Assembly (NCBI RefSeq): GCF_009914755.1
Contig: NC_060941.1
Source of the DNA: the human T2T-CHM13v2.0 reference genome, Homo sapiens
Strand: one strand, 5' to 3'
Length of the DNA stretch: 64,000 nt
Made by a program: the position numbers and the translations under genes. The notes below the pieces were generated by a model. That model did not search any database. It saw nothing but the letters and a program-made list of their open reading frames with translations, and had not been told where the DNA came from. This document shows positions 54,709-64,000 of this stretch, piece by piece (the first letter of the stretch is position 1; every line of letters starts with the position of its first letter).

Positions 54709-55413
54709 AAACAAGGGGCAGAAGTTCATGGACCAAAGACTAGGATCAGGAGTCACATTCTGCCTCTGCTGCCTTGGGGATCATTACTTCACCCCTGTGG
54801 TCCTCTCTGGAGCTTCTAAACTGTACTGTGTTGGGATTGGATGTAATGGTCATTAAGGTCCTTTTCAACTTGGATGCTCTAACCTGGGGTTCAGCCAATT
54901 CAAGAAAAATAGGAAAAAACTAACAGGTACGAAGTAGATATACTATATATTTGAGAGAAAATGACTCCCTATATTGGGTTTAAAAGCACTCTTTGGTTTT
55001 GAAACCCCACAAAACCTCTCTCCAGCCCCTGAGCTCTTGGCTTCCTGTAGGCGTATGTTTGTAACACACATATGTCTTCCAGGGAACAACATGAATGTCA
55101 GTGTCATTTAACTGGAGACTTGCCTGGTGTTTGTATTTGAAATGAAAGTCTTGGAACTAGTTAGCCTCAAATGTAGATTAGCCAAAGCATGAAATTTTTC
55201 TTCCTGCCTCTTTTTTCTCACAAATTAGCATTTTACATGAGTAATGTATGTTCATTATTCAAGAACACTATGGAGTTAGATAATATAGAATTGAAAGTCT
55301 CCCAGAATTTTCTATTGATTACCACAGTAAAAAATTGGTACATATTCTTTCCTTTAATTAATCAACTAACTAATTTATCGTATGTAAATGTACTAAACAT
55401 TTTTTTAAATGTT

Positions 55414-55910
55414 TGTGGTTGGCTTAGCAGTAGCCCCCAAAGATATATCCACATCTCAATCTCAAGGTAAGAATGTTACCTTATTTGGAAAAAGAATCTT
55501 TGCATATGTGACAAAATTAAGAATTTTAAGTTGAAGAGATGATTCTGAATTATTCAGGTGGGCCCTAAATGTAATCACACATATCATTATAAGAGGAAGG
55601 CAGACAGAGATTTTAACAGAGAGAAGGCCATACGATGATGGAGTGGAGAGAAATTTGAAGATGCTGGCCTTGAAGATTAGAATGATGTGGTCACAAGCCC
55701 AGGAATGCCAGCAGCTACCAGAGGCTGGAAAAGGCAAGAAATGGGTTCTCCCTTAGAACCTCTATGGGGAGAACAGCCCTGCCAACACCTTGGTTTTGGC
55801 TCATTGAAATCTATTTCTGACTGACTTCCAGAACTGTAGAATAAATTTCTGTTGTTTTAAGCCACGAAGTCTGTGGTAATTGGTCATAGCAGCCACAGAA
55901 AACTGGTACG
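55414..55910 (+). mobile_element. MLT1C/D-like solo LTR
   Basis: TGTGGTTGG..GTTACCTTATTTGG..GAAGATGCTGGCCTTGAAG..GCAGCCACAGAAAACT; TSD ATGTT. Confidence 0.9.
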
Positions 55911-56233
55911 ATGTTCAAGGCCTAAAATGGAAAACTGCAGTCCACTTCACTCATTTTCAAGCCCCTAGTTTTGTTTCCCAGAGGCAAATATTTTAAATCT
56001 TGGAGCAGTTACTTCTGGAAATTTTCTTGATATTTCCTGTTGAAGTGCATGTATACGTTATATGTGTGCCCACTGACTTTGTATTTTTGTTTTAAAAATG
56101 TTTAGAAACTCTTATACCTCCTAAACATATACATATATATGCACATGTATGCATATATACACCCTTCTCTTCATCACACTCTCAACTTCCAAGATAATTA
56201 TAATACAACTTTTGGTTGAATCTGTAGTCATAT

Positions 56234-56585
56234 GTGTGTGTGTGTGTATGACTATACATATATGATTCATATATATATATATATATATATATGTATATTT
56301 TTGAGACAGGATCTGGCTCTGTCGCTTAGGCTGGAGTACAGTGGCACATTCTCAGCTCACATTCTTCACCTCCCAGGCTCAAGCCATCCTCCCACCTCAG
56401 CCTCCCCAGTAGCTGGGACTGCAGGTATGTGCCACCATGAATGGCTAATTTTTTTTTTTTAATTTTGTAGAGACAAGGTTTCACGACGTTTTCCAGGCTG
56501 GTCTCAAATTCCTGAGCTCAAGCAATCCACCCACCTTCACCTCCCAAAGTGCTGGGATTACAAGTATCAGCCACCGTGCCCAGCC
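56234..56585 (-). mobile_element. AluJ with (TG)n/(TA)n tail
   Basis: TSD TGTAGTCATAT. Confidence 0.92.
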
Positions 56586-56599
56586 TGTAGTCATATTTT

Positions 56600-58550
56600 T
56601 GTGTCATTTATTACAATGATATAAATTGTACCATAGCAGTTCTGTGTGGTGTACTATGTTTATATTTTCTTTCTTGAACAACCTTTTGTTTTTTCTGGAG
56701 TTAGTAATTGCCTCAAGTTTTTCTTTGCCCACTCCCTTTATGTGCATATCACCATAATTCCATCCTCAAACTCTCTGCCAGAAATAGAAAATCTCTCTCA
56801 ATATATTCAAGCACATGAAATAATCTGTGATTTTCATTCTGCCCCCACCTGGGAAACATCTTTCCTAGATCTCCTCATCTTCTTGGTTCAATAAGAAGTG
56901 GTTGCTTTTTAGTATTTGTAACTGTGCTGTCATTCTGAAATCCTAACTGTTGGAGTGTCAGCTTTGCATATCTTCTGTCTCTCTTTCTTCGTTGTGCCTC
57001 ATTAAAATGAAGATTCAAAATTCAAGTAGCTTCTGAAGAAAGGGTGAATGCTGTGAAAATTCTTTGATTTATTGCATATCTTTATCTTGACTATGCATAG
57101 AAATCTAGGAAACTGATTTTACCTCAGAGTTTTGAAGACATTTTCTTACTGTCTCCTAGCTTCTGATAGTGCTATTGATAATTTTAATGCTTTTGTTATT
57201 TCTGATCTCATGTATGTGATCTTCCTCTGAGAGTTTTTGGGATTTTAATTTTACCCCATTACTCTGATATTTTATAATATTTTATTCATTGTGCTGGGCA
57301 TAAAGTAAGCTTTTAAAATCTGAAAACCTATAACCTTTAATTATGGCAAATTTTCTCATTCTAGCTCTTGTATAATTTTCTCAATTCTAATTTCTTCATT
57401 TCCTGGAACTTTCCTCAGTTACATTTTGAACCTTCTGACTAATTTTTTAACACACTTATCTTTTCCTTACTCTTTTCCATTACTTTGTCTTTTTATTCTA
57501 CTATCTAGATTTCTTTTCAAATACATATACAGATAAATTTGTCCATTCTATCAAACTTTGTATTTTGGCTTTCATAATTTTAATCTCTAGGAGAAATTTT
57601 ATTTGTTATTTTTGAAGCTCCTTTTAAAAATCATGTAATTCTTGTTTCATGGATTCGATATTTTTTACCTCTGTGAGAATGTAAATTGGAGAGTTTCCCC
57701 GCATAGTTTTCCCTTCTCTGAGTTCTGCATCGTATTTATTTTCTCTAGGCTCCTTTACTCTGTTTATCTGCCTTTCAGTTAGAGGTGTTACTCAACTGTT
57801 TTAATATCTGGTATCTTTTCGCATTTAAAAGTGAAGCATTGCAGAGATAAGCAGCTTCATGGGCATGCACCTGACTTCCATTAGGATGCTCCTGCAGGCA
57901 TGGAGCCATTTTTTTAAAGGACGATCAACTGACACTATCTGTAAGACTCTTCTCTCTGTTGGGTCAGCTTGACTACCCTCCAATCTTCTGTAAAGGGCTA
58001 GAGGACTTCTATTCCTAATTCCCAGTTTTCAGCACAGTAATCTGCACCTCCCACTCTGCCCAAGCTGTGCAGGGTATTCTTGAGTTATAAGTTCCTCTGG
58101 GTCAACTTCTTCAGAGAGCAAACCTCCAGTCTCCTGCTAGATAGGGGAGGGAGAGCTGTCTGGTTGCCTAAGGTAAAGAAGGGAATGTGGGGGTCTAATT
58201 ATTTCTTTTATGGAGTTTCAACCAATTCTTTACTTTTAAGCTCCATCCACACCTTAATTTTTGAAGACATCTATTGCCTTAAATTCTAAAGTGTTTACAG
58301 AGTTCCAGAATGGAAATTGGTTGGCTTCTTGTTTTACCCACCCAGCAACCTTATGGGCATTTTATTTTGGCTTTCTTTGCTATGCAAAGTTAAATTTTAG
58401 TTATCCATCTGTCTTCTAACATCCAAAGTTATCTTGATATTTCTCTGTTTTTTTTCCTTCTTGATCTTCGTCTTCATAAGCGCATGCTTTTAACAAAATC
58501 TTTTTACATTCATTTTAGTGGGATCTTGGAGCAGAACAGGATAAAACACC
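56600..58550 (-). mobile_element. Highly degenerate L1M
   Basis: T-rich antisense L1-like tract (TATTCATTGTGCTGGGCA, CCTTTAATTATGGCAAATTTTCTC, TTCCTGGAACT). Confidence 0.55.
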
Positions 58551-59319
58551 TAAGTTCTATTGACCACATTTTACAAGAGCCTGTCTCCTTCTTTCTTCTC
58601 TTCCAGCTCTGAAGCCAAGATCTCCTCCTCTGAATTTGTGGCTGCAAAACTTCTTTCCAAGTGCAGGTATGTGGCTACTACCTCTGTTCTCTATGGGATG
58701 AGGTTTCTCTGCTCCATGTCCAGTAGGGAAAAGAGGAGCCTCATCCAGCCCCAGCGTACCCCACTCCAACGTCACCACTCTGCACCAACCATCTCCTCCC
58801 CTTTCCTCTCCCAAATCACAATCTCCTTGGCTATCTTGGTCATAGAGACTCCTCTCCTCCTTCTCTTCAAGATCTCAATGATCCTTTACCCAACTCTGAC
58901 TCCCTTCCTCGCACAAGCAGGAGCCCTGTTTCAAAAATTTCTGGTTGGACTTATTGCCAATCACACCTTAATTTTAATGTCTGATGTTTTATTTTTGGCT
59001 TGCTGCCTTGAGCCTCAGTCAGTTTTCTAAAATGAGGAAAAGAAGGTATAATTACCAACTATTCTGGGTCAAGATATATCCTGCCATCAACAGAACCTTT
59101 AAGCCGTCTGCCTGTTTTTTGAACAACACATTCAATACTCTGTAAAAGGTAAACCCTACATCTTTCTGGGTCTCCATGGAATCCATCCTGAACTTGCCTT
59201 AAGTCATAACTCTGTAACGCCGTAATCTTTCCAGCATCTATTTCAACTGCCTGTTTCCCTCATTTCCAGTTTTTCCTCATAGTCTTCTTGAAATTAAAGA
59301 CAAAGTGTTATATGCCTCC

Positions 59320-59708
59320 TGCAGTGGGCTCAATAATGCCCTCCTCCCACAGAAGATATCCATGTCTGAATCCCCAGAAACTGTGAATGTTACCTTATAT
59401 GGCAGAAGGAACTTTTCAGATGTGTTAAAAATCTTTAGATGGAGAGATAATCTCGGATTATTCATTCAGATGAACCTAATGTACTCACAGGTGGCCTTTC
59501 TAAGAAGAGGTCAGAGAGTTGGCTCATGCTCTTTCTGCCACATGAGATTACAGTGAAAGTCAGCAGACTGCAACCCAGAACAGGGCCCTCACTCATGTGG
59601 CACTGTGATCTCAGGCTTCCAGCCTCCAGACTGAGAAGTAAATTTCTGTTGTGTAGAAGGTACCAATCTATGGTACCTTGTTGCAGCAGCTAGAACTGAC
59701 TAGGACAG
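59320..59708 (+). mobile_element. MLT1 LTR (5' MLT1D-like, 3' MLT1A-like)
   Basis: AAGATATCCATGTC..TGTGAATGTTACCTTATATGGCA; GGGCCCTCAC..CTTCCAGCCTCCAGA..GAACTGACTAGGACA. Confidence 0.8.
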
Positions 59709-60319
59709 TTGTGTTCATGTCTTGATTCCTGGCCCAAACAATTTCTTAAAATAAAAGATGATCAGTTAAGGGATTTAATTTGCAGTAGCTTTTGCATTGG
59801 GGGAAATGGATAATATAATGGGTATAAAGAACCCTTAATATGCAGAGAGACAGAACAAGTTCAAGCCACTTACTTTGTGCTTTTAAACAAACCACTTAAC
59901 ATTTTTAAGCACCTATTCCTTTATCTGTACCATGTTGATTCTCTATTTGGACATTTCCAGTGACATGGATGCTCAAGTCTTTATGGGCAACCCTTATTAT
60001 CACGGCAGTATTTATACCCCCTTCTTTCTTTTTGCATTGACCTTGTTATCTTTGTTCCACTTCCCTAACATCTGTCTCCACACATGCCATGAATTAATTA
60101 TCTCTGCCTCCAAGCTCCATAGGTTGATGGAGCAGAAAGGAGATGAGATTTCTCCTCATGGGTCTGCATGGATCCTGAGATCTGATGTCTGCACCAATGT
60201 CCATCCCTCTCTAACCACATTATGTCACTGCCAACGGCAAGCCATGTGGCAAGAGAGACACAACTGCCTAGTCTGTTTCCCTAGAAAGCACAATTCCCAC
60301 CACAGGTAAAGAAGCTCCA

Positions 60320-60640
60320 TTTATCCATTCATCCATCTAGTCACTCTTTTATTCAACAAATAGTTACTGACCATCTATTATGCGTCAAGCAGTCAGTTAG
60401 ATCCCACACACACAAAGAAAAATAAGACAAAAGCCAATCTTTGAAGTGCCGCAGGGAGCTGACTGGATAATGGAGGAAACAGGTCCGGAAATCCACAACC
60501 ACTCTGTAGGAGCTATGATCAACAGAAGTGTGCCTAGGTTGTGGCACCTGTGGACGTGGGTCAGGTCTGCAATCTGGTGAGGTCATGGGAGGCTTCCCAG
60601 AGGAGATAATGCCAGAGTTTTCAAGAATGAGAAGAAATAA
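60320..60640 (-). mobile_element. L2 3' end
   Basis: ATTCAACAAATAGTTACTGACCATCTATTATG..GGGAGGCTTCCCAGAGGAGATAATG. Confidence 0.75.
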
Positions 60641-61000
60641 GGCTCATAAATTTACTTTTACTTTGTTTCTGGACTTTCTGATTCTTTTAATAGGGAATGG
60701 TAAAATACGATTGGTGAAGAGGCCCTTAAAGATTATATAAACTAATCATCTGATTTTACAAATATGAAAACTGAGGGAGAAGAAAGGTTGTGGTGTATCC
60801 AAGCATATTGGTAGGGAAGCTTGAGGAAATCGTACTAGAGCAGTTTGGGTCCTTGTGGCAGGAGTTATCATGTTATAAGGCTTTTTCCCGGGTCACTGAA
60901 TTTACCTAGAGGTTAGTTGAAGCCTGCAGGCCCTGGGTTATAAATAAGATGACGCTATTTTGTTAAAAAGCAGTAGTTTGAGTGGGGGCACAGTGCTGGC

Positions 61001-61170
61001 TTTTTATTTTTAATTTTAATTTTTTTGAGACAGGGTCTTGCTCTGTTATCCAGGCTGTCTGTCATACAGGGACATGATCATGGCTCACTGCAGCCTCCAA
61101 CTCCTGGTCTCAAGCGATCCTCCCACCTCAGCCTCCCAAAGTGCTGAGATTACAGGTGTGAGCCAACACA
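61001..61170 (-). mobile_element. Hybrid Alu monomer (AluJ/FRAM-like)
   Basis: Left-arm 5' end joined to right-arm 3' end; TSD ACAGTGCTGG. Confidence 0.8.
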
Positions 61171-61566
61171 GTACAGTGCTGGTTTGAACCCTTAGAGTGG
61201 CGTTGTGTTTGGGTAACACAATTTGAAGGTGCAGCGGGGCACCTGTGCCTCTGCTGCACTGCAGCCCAGCCTGGAGCCCATTCTTTCTTCAGGAACACCT
61301 GGCAAAGCAAGGTGTTCCAACCCGTGTTGGTCTGTGATGTGCTGTTCAACCTGCTGAAATGTCCCTTTTCTCTCCCAGTACTCATCATGGATACGTGAGC
61401 TTCTCCTGAACTCCCTCTCCCACCAATCTTGATGCATTTGCCACAGTTATACCCACCTGGGTGAGAGTCAAGGAGCCTCATCCTCCTCCATATGCGGTCA
61501 AAGGGTGGCGGGGCTGGGAGCAATGAATCTCATTTTTGTTTTCCCTGGGTCTGGTCAGTCTGTGCT

Positions 61567-61933
61567 TGTATTACTCTGTTCTCACACTGCTATAAAGAAC
61601 CACCTGAAACTGAGTAATTTATAAAGAAAAGAGGTTTAATTGACTCACAGTTCTACATGGCTCAGGGGGCCTCAGGAAATTTACAATCGTGGCGGAAGGT
61701 GAAGGGAAAGCAAGCACGTCTTATCACGGAAAAGCTGAAGAGAGAGAGAGTGAAGGGGGAAATGCCACTTTTAAACCATCAGATCTTATGAGAACTCACT
61801 CACTGTCAAGAGAACAGCAAGGGGGAAATCTGCCCCCAAAATCCAATCACCTCCCACCAGGCCCCTTCCCTGATAGGCTGGAATTACAATTCAACATGAG
61901 ATTTGGGTGGGGACACAAAATCAAATCATATCA
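61567..61933 (-). mobile_element. THE1D-like solo LTR
   Basis: TGTATTA..AAAGAAAAGAGGTTTAATTGACTCACAGTTC..GAGATTTGGGTGGGGACACA..CATATCA; TSD GTGCT/GTCCT. Confidence 0.9.
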
Positions 61934-62464
61934 GTCCTCTTTGTGTGAGAACCTTCTGTAAGTTTCATCTTCAGAACCAGGAAATTAGTCTCTGACTTTT
62001 CTAAAACCCCAAGGTCCCTGGGGTGATAAATGACAGCTAATTTCATAAATGAGGCCTCCTGACTCAATCCAATCATCATCCCCCTTTTCTCCATACCTCC
62101 CATGATGTAACAGTAGATGGAGAAAGGAATTCCCAAGAGTGAATATAGGAAAACCTTTGGAGAAGTTACTGAGTCTAAAACAGTCTGTAAGGAGCTAATC
62201 CCTGTCTTCTTTCAGGGGAGTTTCACTGAACCACTTGACCTCCAGGGATGACTGCCTACAGTCTCAGTTTGGAGCAGCTGCCTTCTGTGCAGGCAATGGG
62301 AATGGGCACATAATGTAGAGGCTTGATGTTTGCAAGACGCTGTAGCTTTTCTAAGTCACTGTTCTGGCCCCACAGCACACAACACACACTGAGCCACAAG
62401 AGGGCTCCAGCACAGGCTCCCTGTAATCTTTGTTCCCAAGCATCTGCTTTGACCTACTGTTTGC

Positions 62465-63291
<827 letters not shown>

Positions 63292-63768
63292 TGTATTAAT
63301 TTCCTAGGGTTTGCCATATGACAAACTGGGTGGCTTAAAACAACAGAAATGTATTCTCTCACAGTTCTGGAGGCTAAAAGTCCAAAACTGAAGTTTCAAC
63401 AGGATCACCCTCTTTCTGAAGGCTAGAGGGGAGGGTCCTTCTTTGCCTCTTCCTAACATCTGGTGGTTGCAGCAATCTTTGGTAATCTGTGCAGCTGCAC
63501 AAGTTCAATCTCTTCTCCATCATCATGTGGTATTCTCTCTGTACGTCTCCGTCCTCACATGGTATTCTCCTCTTTGTGAGTGTGTGTCTCTTTGTCCAAA
63601 TGTCCCTCTCCTTGTAAGGACACCAATCATATTGAATTCAGGACCCACTCTAATTCAGTATGATTTTATCTTAACTTGATTACATCTGCAGACCCCATTT
63701 CTAAATAGTCACATTCACAGTTTCCAGGTAGACGTGAATTTGAGGGCAATGCTATTCAACGCAGTATA
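63292..63768 (-). mobile_element. MLT1C-like solo LTR
   Basis: TGTATTAATTTCCTAGGG..GGCTTAAAACAACAGAAAT..GATTACATCTGCA; TSD GCTGC. Confidence 0.88.
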
Positions 63769-64000
63769 GCTGCAGACTGGTGCCCCTTGGCAAATCAGTG
63801 CAGGTTTAGGATCATCCTAACCCAATGCTGATCCAGGGATTTTTAATAGCAAAGTAGTTAATGCATTTGTCTCCTGTAATCCCCTGGGATCTGGACAATA
63901 TTTCTGTTGATAACAAGGCTTTGAGGGATTTAGCAGCTAAGGCAAAGACATCAAAGCAAACTAGTTATGTCTTTTTGATCTTAAAGTCAATTATTTTCAG

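Noticed and set aside
58560-59030. 156-aa plus-strand ORF
   Set aside because: Ser/Leu-rich product of pyrimidine-rich, probably L2-derived sequence; non-ATG start; no domain.

Overview
Human (primate) non-coding genomic DNA. I can support no protein-coding gene, CpG island, rRNA, functional tRNA or CRISPR array. An intact AluYa5 at 62.7-63.0 kb indicates human. Roughly half the window is interspersed repeats: old L1 fragments, many MIR and L2 fragments, about 14 Alu/FLAM elements, MaLR LTRs (MLT1, MST, THE1), ERV1-class solo LTRs and DNA transposons (Tigger1, Tigger2a, two Tigger3, MER20, MER53), several nested with readable target-site duplications (TSDs). The most notable element is an ancient, highly diverged nuclear copy of mitochondrial DNA (tRNA-Ile/Gln ends, tRNA-Met, 5' ND2) at 42131-42589. 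It sits inside a Tigger3 element, has fold-back inverted repeats at both junctions and carries a 14-bp tandem array. Other observations: a 160-bp tandem duplication of unique sequence, a 76-bp templated copy 2.47 kb from its source, a pair of ancient MITE-like homologs, splice and polyA signals suggesting lncRNA exons on both strands, and AP-1/RUNX/ETS and CRE enhancer-like motif clusters. Repeat families were called from remembered consensus sequences. Boundaries without a TSD or terminal inverted repeat (TIR) are approximate. I could not identify the locus by name.
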